From positions 1 through 64,000 of the IMG/VR virus record IMGVR_UViG_3300013232_000197: a DNA stretch of 64,000 nucleotides; one strand, written 5' to 3'. The stretch comes from a virus (lineage: Duplodnaviria > Caudoviricetes). Shown piece after piece: positions 17,750 to 25,485 of this stretch. The position numbers were made by a program, and so were the translations under genes. The notes under the pieces are model-generated. The model was not told the origin of the DNA, searched no databases, and saw only the letters and a list, made by a program, of their open reading frames with translations. Each line of letters starts with the position of its first letter. The stretch's first letter is position 1.

Positions 17750-19011
17750 TCCAAGAGGTATCGGATATTGACTTGTTTGTTGCGATAAACGATCAGTTCA
17801 TCATTATGCAAACTAGAACCTGCTTTGGCCCAGACGCTATCATAACCGCTGGGAGCGCCCGAATAAAGTGAGCTACGAGTTTCGTGAATCTTACCCATAG
17901 CAAAGTCGCAGATGAATAGCCAGCCAGCATCACCGCTATTACCTTGACCCCAACGGCCATAAGTGTAACCAAGTGACTTAGTACTGTTAATCGCACCATA
18001 GATACCATTACCAAACATCTTGCCAGCAATGGCTGCGGTGCTTGGAGGACTGACTTTCAATCCACTCTTGAGAATGGACAGACAGTTGGCTTGTGACGTG
18101 CCGTGGAATACTTCTTTGATGGGGGACATGCTACGCTCAAAAGCGTGGTCCATATCGTGAATCGTCACCTTGAAGATTTCACGCACTCGCACGTTATCAT
18201 AGCCATGCATACGTTTCTTGGACGTTTCAAAGTAGCGGTCCAAGCGGGCACGCTCTGCCATGTCCGTAAGTACATCCAAATCCACTTGGAAGACTTGCTC
18301 TTGCTTCTTAGCGGGAGTACCGGGAGTAACTGGAGCGGCAGTCTGAGTCGCTTGATAGGACGATTCCAATGAGTCAATCAAGTCGTTCTGCTTTTGGATA
18401 GCATTGTCATCGGGGATAACCGACTGAGTGTTGAAACGGCCCATGCCAAGAGACTGAGGAATGAGACGGAGATAGAGAGACAAAAGGCGGTCTGCGTCAG
18501 TCCCAAACTTGCCATTGCGGACAAGGGGAGCCAGTTTAGCAAGCAAATCACGAGCCTCGGTCAATCCTTCCATTGTGACAATGCCGAGAGGGGTGGCGAA
18601 CAATCCCGTGGTGGAGTTGTACGTAATCTGCGTGTTGGCAGTAATCTTGTGGACATTCGCTTGAACGAAGCGGGTAATTAGACGTTCCAACGTAGGGTTG
18701 GTAGATTTGATAAGCTGAGTACGGGCGATGGTATGAAGGTCACGGTCTTTGACCACATTACCAGATGCCAGAGAAGCGGTAGCTGCACCTACGGTTTTCA
18801 GTTCGGTGTACCCCTTCTTCAACTTTTCACGAAATTTCTTTTGGAGGTAGTCATCCCCACCTTGCCATTCACCAGACTCGCCAGTATTCCCGACTCGTCC
18901 CCAACTAGCCTTTACAGTGCCATCGTCAAACAATTGACCAATCCACCATTTGTTGTTGTTATCACTGACCTCGGTTTTGATCAGTTTGACTTCTTTGATT
19001 AGAGTTGCCAT
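17740..19011 (-). CDS. WGR-domain poly(ADP-ribose) polymerase-like protein
   Basis: SWGRVG (WGR), helical domain, FHGT, GKMFGNGIY, KSLGY, DELIVY catalytic H-Y-E triad. Confidence 0.9.
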   Translation of the reverse strand: MATLIKEVKLIKTEVSDNNNKWWIGQLFDDGTVKASWGRVGNTGESGEWQGGDDYLQKKFREKLKKGYTELKTVGAATASLASGNVVKDRDLHTIARTQLIKSTNPTLERLITRFVQANVHKITANTQITYNSTTGLFATPLGIVTMEGLTEARDLLAKLAPLVRNGKFGTDADRLLSLYLRLIPQSLGMGRFNTQSVIPDDNAIQKQNDLIDSLESSYQATQTAAPVTPGTPAKKQEQVFQVDLDVLTDMAERARLDRYFETSKKRMHGYDNVRVREIFKVTIHDMDHAFERSMSPIKEVFHGTSQANCLSILKSGLKVSPPSTAAIAGKMFGNGIYGAINSTKSLGYTYGRWGQGNSGDAGWLFICDFAMGKIHETRSSLYSGAPSGYDSVWAKAGSSLHNDELIVYRNKQVNIRYLLECK

Positions 19012-19044
19012 AATGGGGTGAGTATAGCGTTTTTATATTGGGAG

Positions 19045-19254
19045 TCAAGTGCCAAATGTTTGATCCTGGCATTTCTGGCAGATGCCGCTAATCGTAAACT
19101 CTTTACGACTGAGTGCATCCCTAAACTCGGTATTGGGGTCAATGCTCTTTTTGCAAAAGACGCACTGGTTTGCAGTAATAGATGCTTTGCGGTCAACGCC
19201 AGTAAAAGACGTGAGTAACTGATCTATGGCTGTAGCTTTAGGTGTTGGGTTCAT
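19045..19254 (-). CDS. Small Cys-containing hypothetical protein
   Basis: CVFC...EFTISGICQKCQD. Confidence 0.7.
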   Translation of the reverse strand: MNPTPKATAIDQLLTSFTGVDRKASITANQCVFCKKSIDPNTEFRDALSRKEFTISGICQKCQDQTFGT

Positions 19255-19256
19255 TG

Positions 19257-19469
19257 TTAAGGTTTTAGTTGTTCGGTGATTGTTTTAATGGCTTCCTCCC
19301 GAGTTGTCGCTTCAAATGGTTTTACAACTCGTTTAACAAATGGATTGTTGCGACAATCTTCTTCATAATCTTCATGATCACCAAACCATCGTTTGACTTG
19401 AATGGTATCATTGGCGTGGAGATAACCCCACCACATTAGTTTGTTCATATGCTTATCTTCATCTCTCAA
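19257..19469 (-). CDS. Hypothetical protein
   Basis: WWGYLH motif ORF. Confidence 0.65.
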   Translation of the reverse strand: MRDEDKHMNKLMWWGYLHANDTIQVKRWFGDHEDYEEDCRNNPFVKRVVKPFEATTREEAIKTITEQLKP

Positions 19470-19472
19470 GGT

Positions 19473-19526
19473 TCACAACCTCATGACCAATAATTCAATC
19501 AGAGTAAAAGCGTTTTTCGTTTTCAT
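19473..19526 (-). pseudogene. 17-aa prepilin-type N-terminal methylation-motif ORF (remnant or micropeptide)
   Basis: MKTKNAFTLIELLVMRL*; TTGACT-16-TAGAAT promoter directly upstream. Confidence 0.6.
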
Positions 19527-19571
19527 TGTGGGAGCATTCTACATCATCTGTAAAAAAAGTCAAGGGAGAAG

Positions 19572-19763
19572 TCAAACTTTTTTTCGCCGATGGAATCGGC
19601 CTTCACCAAAAATGGCAGCAAGCAGGCGTTCTTCTGGAGAAATGGCAAAGACCAAGGATTGTCTGGCTATCTGAGTTGCCCGATAGCAGTAATAGCACTT
19701 TGGCCCGCCTGAGTGGACGGAATGATACCGACATTTTCGTGGTGCAATGGCGAATTGTGGCAT
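19572..19763 (-). CDS. Hypothetical protein
   Basis: 63-aa ORF with Cys cluster. Confidence 0.5.
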   Translation of the reverse strand: MPQFAIAPRKCRYHSVHSGGPKCYYCYRATQIARQSLVFAISPEERLLAAIFGEGRFHRRKKV

Positions 19764-19772
19764 AAAAAGAAT

Positions 19773-19989
19773 GGGGTCAACTTGCTTCCGTTACGTCGTT
19801 CTTACGATGGCACAAGAGAGTTTTGAATTCTGATGTTTGCACTTTGACTTTTGAGATATTGAGAGTTTAAGTTTGAACTACTGTTGGGAAACAGCAGGTA
19901 TCTTTCTCTTTATCGTTAAAATAAATCCTTTGAAGGGATTAAAGATGCGCCGAGTGTAGAGGAACGATTTCACTTCCACAAGTTGCCCC
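19773..19989 (-). ncRNA. Structured RNA element 3' of the DIP1984-like gene
   Basis: Terminal arms GGGGCAACTTGT / GCAAGTTGACCCC pair; internal hairpins; A-rich repeat tract. Confidence 0.7.
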
Positions 19990-19996
19990 AAATTTA

Positions 19997-20437
19997 TTAC
20001 ACCGTTTTTGTTGCGTTGTAAACATCCACTTGGTCTTGGAGGGCATTGATTTCCTCCTGAAGCTTCACGACCAAGGCATCACACTTTTCCTGATTGATAC
20101 AGGAATTCCAAGTGTAAGTAAGTTTTTCTTGGTTGTAACCTACCGAAGTAATTTCTTCACCTTCCCGCTTATCCAGACCTTGAATGAATGAAATACGTGC
20201 TTTCAATTCGGCCATACGCTCCAGCATTGGATAGATACCGATATTGGCAACGGTGATCTTACCCTTGAGTTCTCCCAACTGGGTGGATAACTCAAGAATC
20301 TTGGCCCACACGGCGTCACGGTCCACTTTGGACACGTTATCGTTTCGGCGAGCATTCTCCCGCTGAAGGATTTGCTGTTGACGGACGAGTTCACCGGCGA
20401 GACGATTCTTTTGTTTAAGTGCTTGTGCGAGATTCAT
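19997..20437 (-). CDS. DIP1984/DUF6847-like coiled-coil protein
   Basis: MNLAQALKQKNRL...LK.KI..AN...LAELK...LQ..ID.YN pattern. Confidence 0.75.
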   Translation of the reverse strand: MNLAQALKQKNRLAGELVRQQQILQRENARRNDNVSKVDRDAVWAKILELSTQLGELKGKITVANIGIYPMLERMAELKARISFIQGLDKREGEEITSVGYNQEKLTYTWNSCINQEKCDALVVKLQEEINALQDQVDVYNATKTV

Positions 20438-20513
20438 GTTTGGTCCTTTTTGATTAATTCGGGCTTACTCTAACAGATTGTTGGTTGTTTGTCAATGACT
20501 TTTTAGAGAAATC

Positions 20514-21344
20514 TTACCATGCATCATCGTCATCTTTATGATCTGTAGGTATATCTGGTGTTATCATTTGAATGAGAGATGTTTGTGTAGCTGCACAGTC
20601 AATACGAGTTTTTGACATAGCAAAGTAATCTTTACTCATTTCAACCCCAACGAAACTTCTTCCCAGTCTTACGGCAACATCGCCACTAGTACCACTTCCC
20701 ATAAAAGGGTCACAGATAACATCATCTTTATAGGAAAAGAGCTTGATGCACCGTATTGGTAATTCGGGTGGGAAAGCAGCAGGATGATCGGAGTTGGTTT
20801 GAGGATTCATGCTCCACAGATTTTTGATATAGGTCATGAAATCTTTGCCACTAATGGTAGATTCTCCTTTTGTTTTTCGTTTCCATTTGGTTTTGTAAAA
20901 GACCAAAATACATTCATTGGGGTCAATAATAAATGGAGCGGACGCAGACCGCCAAGACCCCCAACAAGTTTTATTGCTTCCCATCTTTTGCCATATGATA
21001 GTACGATAGTACTTGAATCCTGCGGCTTGACAAATCTCTATGTAATCTGCTGCTACAGGATAGTTGATGTCATCTTCTCCCTTAACTTTATTCAAGTGTT
21101 CGGGGGTAACTGAAAATGGGATATTGATACAAAGACGCCCATCATCGGCCATATAAAGAAACATTTTGGCAATCCATTTTTTACACCACGTCAAATATTG
21201 GGCATAAGTCATTGTATCTACATGCTTATCATATTCAATGCCTACGTTGTACGGTGGTGAGGTAACGACCAAGTTAATCGGTGGCAGTCCATCGAAGTTT
21301 GCTTTCAGGATGTCGTCGTTGATAAGTTTTATCATTCGTCCCAT
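20514..21344 (-). CDS. DNA methyltransferase, N4-C/N6-A beta class
   Basis: TSPPY, HPAAFP, DPFMGSGT. Confidence 0.92.
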   Translation of the reverse strand: MGRMIKLINDDILKANFDGLPPINLVVTSPPYNVGIEYDKHVDTMTYAQYLTWCKKWIAKMFLYMADDGRLCINIPFSVTPEHLNKVKGEDDINYPVAADYIEICQAAGFKYYRTIIWQKMGSNKTCWGSWRSASAPFIIDPNECILVFYKTKWKRKTKGESTISGKDFMTYIKNLWSMNPQTNSDHPAAFPPELPIRCIKLFSYKDDVICDPFMGSGTSGDVAVRLGRSFVGVEMSKDYFAMSKTRIDCAATQTSLIQMITPDIPTDHKDDDDAW

Positions 21345-21422
21345 TCTGTCATATTCTGCAAGTCAAGTCAAGTATTTTTAGGGCTTGACATTGATGCTGT
21401 TATGCGGTAAGCTGATGTCACG
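21345..21422. promoter_or_regulatory. Divergent sigma70-like promoters between two methyltransferases
   Basis: TTGACA-17-TAAGCT on plus; TTGACT box on minus. Confidence 0.6.
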
Positions 21423-22220
21423 ATGAATAACAATGCAATCTACTTGGGCGACACGCTCCAACTGTTGAAGTGGTTTCCTGAAAACTTTTTTGACATCACC
21501 GTTACTTCACCGCCGTACAATAAACAGAAGGCAAAGGGTAAACTGGTGAAAGAAGTAAAGTACCTCAAGGCAAATGATGCTCAAGATGAAACGGCTTATC
21601 AAGCTGAACAGGTTGAAGTGTTAGATCAACTTTTCAGAGTTACCAAACCTGGTGGACATATCTTTTACAATCATAAACTGCGTTGGTTCGATGGTGTTAT
21701 GGTGCATCCTTTGACGTGGGTATCCAAATCGTTGTGGGACATTCGCCAAGAAATCATTTGGGATAGAATCATTGCGGGTAATCTGCGAGGATGGCGTTTC
21801 TGGCAAGTTGAGGAACGTATCTATTGGATGCAAAAGGGAATTACCAAAGGAGAAGAATTAGCGAGTAAGCACGCCAAAATGACTTCTATCTGGAGAATGT
21901 TTCCTGAGAATAAGTTTCCCAATCATCCAGCACCATTTCCAGTTGAATTGCCCACTCGTTGTATCTATAGCATTGCGAATGACAAAAATGGATTAAATAT
22001 TTTGGACCCATATTGTGGTACTGGTTCAACACTAGTCGCTGCCAAAACACTTGGGCATAACTATGTCGGGATTGATTGCTCTCAGGAATATATCGATCAA
22101 GCAAAAGCGAGATTGCAGAGTGCTAGTGGAGCGGTGGAAGCATTGCATGAAGTAGCACTTCATACTGTAAACAAAACGTATAAGGAACGGAAGGCAGCGA
22201 AAAAACTTCGAGAAAAATGA
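21423..22220 (+). CDS. DNA methyltransferase, N4-C/N6-A beta class
   Basis: TSPPY, HPAPFP, DPYCGTGS. Confidence 0.92.
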   Translation: MNNNAIYLGDTLQLLKWFPENFFDITVTSPPYNKQKAKGKLVKEVKYLKANDAQDETAYQAEQVEVLDQLFRVTKPGGHIFYNHKLRWFDGVMVHPLTWVSKSLWDIRQEIIWDRIIAGNLRGWRFWQVEERIYWMQKGITKGEELASKHAKMTSIWRMFPENKFPNHPAPFPVELPTRCIYSIANDKNGLNILDPYCGTGSTLVAAKTLGHNYVGIDCSQEYIDQAKARLQSASGAVEALHEVALHTVNKTYKERKAAKKLREK

Positions 22221-22342
22221 TGTTTTTCGTTTTGAGTACATACTTAATATCAGAAGCCCGAAGCTTCCCTAATAAGAGTGAACGCTAAAATCCCTCTTGA
22301 AAATTTTGCAAAATAGTCCTTGACTTTTCTTGTACATGTGCT

Positions 22343-22639
22343 ATGATGTTACCCATGATAAGAGAAATAATGATCAAGCCAGTGTTGAATGGATTTGTTT
22401 GCAAAGTCGGTTGTCAGACAGTAGTGTTTGGAGATACTCTTACTTTGTCTCGGGAAATCAAAGCATATTATGATAATCCCGAGGCCACTGAGGCAAAATT
22501 TCTGGCGAAAGCGGTCAATAAGACCAATGATGGTCCGTGTATGCCAGAACCAGAACCAGCGCCGTGCGATGCGCCTCCAACACGATTGAATCGGATTACA
22601 AATGACTGTTGTGCCACAGAAGCACCGGCACGAAGATAA
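22343..22639 (+). CDS. Hypothetical protein (start uncertain)
   Basis: PVLNGFVCKVGCQTVVF; promoter just upstream. Confidence 0.65.
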   Translation: MMLPMIREIMIKPVLNGFVCKVGCQTVVFGDTLTLSREIKAYYDNPEATEAKFLAKAVNKTNDGPCMPEPEPAPCDAPPTRLNRITNDCCATEAPARR

Positions 22640-22682
22640 TAGTACTTGACATTTTCCGTGGTTGTGATATAGTTGAGTTATT

Positions 22683-22880
22683 ATGACAAATGAAGATTTT
22701 TTAGAATGGAACGCCGCCGTAGATCGATTGGCAAAGGAAATGCGTCCAACCCGCCTTGGGCCTATTACGGCACAAACGTTTATGGAAGAGGCCGAAAAGA
22801 TGTTTAAGGAAAATGGTTGGAATTTTCAGGTGTATATTTCGGTCGGTGAAAGCGCATACCGAGCCAGAATGCCATTGTAA
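22683..22880 (+). CDS. Hypothetical protein
   Basis: 65-aa ORF after TTGACA-16-TATAGT. Confidence 0.65.
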   Translation: MTNEDFLEWNAAVDRLAKEMRPTRLGPITAQTFMEEAEKMFKENGWNFQVYISVGESAYRARMPL

Positions 22881-22884
22881 TTTT

Positions 22885-23770
22885 GAGATGCATACAGCAT
22901 ATACCTTTAATGGAAAAGCGCATCTCGTTGTTTTAACGCTCCGACTAACCATCGGATAGTGGCAGAGGTACCTCCCACGAAAGGAAGCCGGTATGGTGCT
23001 GGCAGAGGAACTTCGGTGGTGGCTCCTGTAATAGGGAGTGTGCGCCGAGAACCAATTTCGTAGTGGTAGTCCGTGTAAAAGGGACTTTTGGCAAGGTAAC
23101 GCCGACACCACCGCTACATTTGATCTTTTGAAATACAATTTGAGTGTCAGGAGCATTGGCTCCGATGGTGTCAACCGACCACAATCAAACTGGTGGTGAA
23201 TCCACCTAACCTATCAAGGCATAGGCAACACCGTGGCACTCGTCAATTTAGGTCCGTACAGCAACAAAACCAAATTCATCTAAACATGAAAAAGAACGGA
23301 GATACTGGCATACTCCACCTATTCAGTTAGGAGAAATCTCAAGTGCTCTGAGGACGAACAGTAAACGTCTGGACCTAGCTCAATTTTAGATGCGTAACTG
23401 CAACACAAAAAATATCTAGTCGGTGGACCCGACACAAAACAATAACCCGGAAGTCTAACTGTAAAATGATATGCATCTAGTCACTTAAAAGAAGGGTTGA
23501 TATCTGTATGCCGTTAAGGATATTTTACCCGTGTTAAAGCCTATGGCAGCGGTTCACAAAGCTGTAGGAAAGATTTGCATAGTTGTTAGAAATAACATAA
23601 GTAATCATCCTTCAAAATGGATAATGGATAAAAAAGGATGCGCTTATTCCGTAAAGCTATCCGACAAAGGACCAATGGAGTCGCTATCCAAGCAGGAATA
23701 AGTTGTTGACAGACTACCATTACTATGCGATATTTTGTAAGATACTATCAGCAATTAGTTCTAGTATCTT
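22885..23770 (+). ncRNA. Array of structured non-coding RNAs upstream of the Ro60-like gene
   Basis: About 0.9 kb without a credible ORF; many perfect stems; four copies of a stem + ACAGCAA-like motif. Confidence 0.75.
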
Positions 23771-23802
23771 GAACCCGAAAACAAAGAAAGGAAACATCCG
23801 TT

Positions 23803-25362
23803 ATGAAGAACACTCGTACTGCAACTCGTAAAGCAACTCAGTTTGTCCCTATCTCCACTCCTGCCAATCCCTTCGTGAAGGCAATGCAGGTTCAATCTAA
23901 CTATGGTTTGACCGAGAAGGGTGCCCTCACCAATCGCAGCACTTTGAATGAAGTGTTGGACTTCTTTGGTGCTGGTGGAGCTATTCGTACCCGTTCAGAT
24001 GCGGACGTTATCGCTCTTTTCTCCAAGGCATTCGCTCAGGACCGTCTTTTGGCCACCAAGATTCTGTTTTATTTCCGTGATGTCCGTCAGGGACAAGGAG
24101 AGCGTAAGACCTTCCGCACTTTGATCAAGTGGCTTGCTCAAAACTATACTGATGTGGTTCGTAGGAACCTCGAAAACATCGCTTTCTATGGTCGCTATGA
24201 CGACATGTACGCCCTTATGGGTACTCCCCTTGAGGCAGAAGTGTTTGCTCTGTTTGCAACTCAGTTGAAGGCCGACCTTCGCAACATGAAGAAGGGAGAA
24301 AGTGTATCTTTGCTCGCCAAGTGGTTGAAGTCTGAGAATACTTCTTCTCCTGAGTCTCGTGCCTTGGGTTACAAGACCCGTAAGGCATTGGAGTTGACGC
24401 CGAAGCGTTATCGTAAGATTCTGTCGGCACTCCGTAAGCATATTGATGTTCTTGAAGTCAAGATGTGTTCCAACGAGTGGGCCAGCATTAACTTTGAGAA
24501 GGTACCTTCCAAGGCATCTCTCAATTACCGCAAGGCTTTTGGTAAGCACGACCAAGAGCGTTATGCTGCCTATCTCAAGTCAGTTGAGAAGGGCGATGCT
24601 AAGATCCAGGCGGGGGCAGTATATCCTTACGAAATCCTTCGTGCCATCATTGGAAAAAGTTCGTGGGGTCTCAGTGCTGTGTCCGTGGATCCACAAGCAG
24701 CCTTGGCCGCAGACCTTATGTGGAAGGCAATGCCTAACTGGCTTGCTGGAAATGAACACTATGGGCTTGTCATCGCCGACGTGTCGGGTTCTATGTTCAC
24801 CAATGACATGCTCCCAATCTTGGTGTCGGTATCTCTTGCAATGTATTTTGCTGAGCGCAATGTAGGTCCTTTCAAGGACTTCTGGATGAATTTCAGTGGC
24901 TCGCCCACGTTCCAGAAGTTGGTTGGTAACAACCTCCTTGAAAAGTATAACAACATGGATAAGCGCAACTGGTCCGGTACGACTAACCTCCAGTCGGCCT
25001 TTGACCTTATCCTTTCAACCGCAGTACAAAACAAGGTTCCTCAGAAGGAAATGCCTTCGTGTTTGTATATTGTTTCGGACATGGAGTTTGATCAAGCTTG
25101 CGAAAGCAACAGCAAGACCAACTTCGATGTTATGAAGCGTAAGTTTGAGCGTTATGGATACGAACTGCCTCGGGTAGTTTGGTGGAACGTCGCTTCTCGC
25201 AATGACAACTTCCCAATTCGTGCAGACGAAAACGGAACTGCATTGGTATCGGGTGCTTCACCAAGCATCCTCAAGTTTTTGCTCAGTGCGAAGAGCTTCA
25301 GTCCAATGGACATCGTTTACGAGACGGTTAATAGCCCTCGTTACGAGCGTGTCGTTGTGTAA
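23803..25362 (+). CDS. Ro60-like TROVE + vWA protein (DUF2828-type)
   Basis: TEKGA....ST....LDFF, FYFRDVR.GQGER..FR, YGRYDD, AKWL, DVSGSM MIDAS, SDMEFD, WWNV. Confidence 0.88.
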   Translation: MKNTRTATRKATQFVPISTPANPFVKAMQVQSNYGLTEKGALTNRSTLNEVLDFFGAGGAIRTRSDADVIALFSKAFAQDRLLATKILFYFRDVRQGQGERKTFRTLIKWLAQNYTDVVRRNLENIAFYGRYDDMYALMGTPLEAEVFALFATQLKADLRNMKKGESVSLLAKWLKSENTSSPESRALGYKTRKALELTPKRYRKILSALRKHIDVLEVKMCSNEWASINFEKVPSKASLNYRKAFGKHDQERYAAYLKSVEKGDAKIQAGAVYPYEILRAIIGKSSWGLSAVSVDPQAALAADLMWKAMPNWLAGNEHYGLVIADVSGSMFTNDMLPILVSVSLAMYFAERNVGPFKDFWMNFSGSPTFQKLVGNNLLEKYNNMDKRNWSGTTNLQSAFDLILSTAVQNKVPQKEMPSCLYIVSDMEFDQACESNSKTNFDVMKRKFERYGYELPRVVWWNVASRNDNFPIRADENGTALVSGASPSILKFLLSAKSFSPMDIVYETVNSPRYERVVV

Positions 25363-25381
25363 ACAATGAGTGTAGAAAACC

Positions 25382-25412
25382 AAGGACCCTCGCCTTCGGG
25401 CGGGGGTCTTTT
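25382..25412 (+). terminator. Intrinsic terminator
   Basis: AAGGACCCTCGCC-TTCG-GGCGGGGGTCTT plus T run. Confidence 0.9.
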
Positions 25413-25485
25413 ATTTCTTGACAGCAAGTTGGTTTTGTGGTATAGTTATGGAAAGATGGTTTAATTGATTATCTGCTTAATAGTT

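Noticed and set aside
22221-22320. Small RNA candidate (GAAGC-CCGAA-GCTTC; AAGAG...CTCTT)
   Set aside because: Only two short stems, within chance expectation; not enough support.
22701-23184. ORFs 22701-23174 and 22945-23184 (minus)
   Set aside because: No protein-like features; the region is better explained as structured RNA on the plus strand.
22885-23770. CRISPR array, group I intron, tmRNA or RNase P RNA
   Set aside because: The repeats are degenerate and unevenly spaced with no cas genes; no interrupted host gene; no tmRNA termini or RNase P P4 consensus visible by eye.
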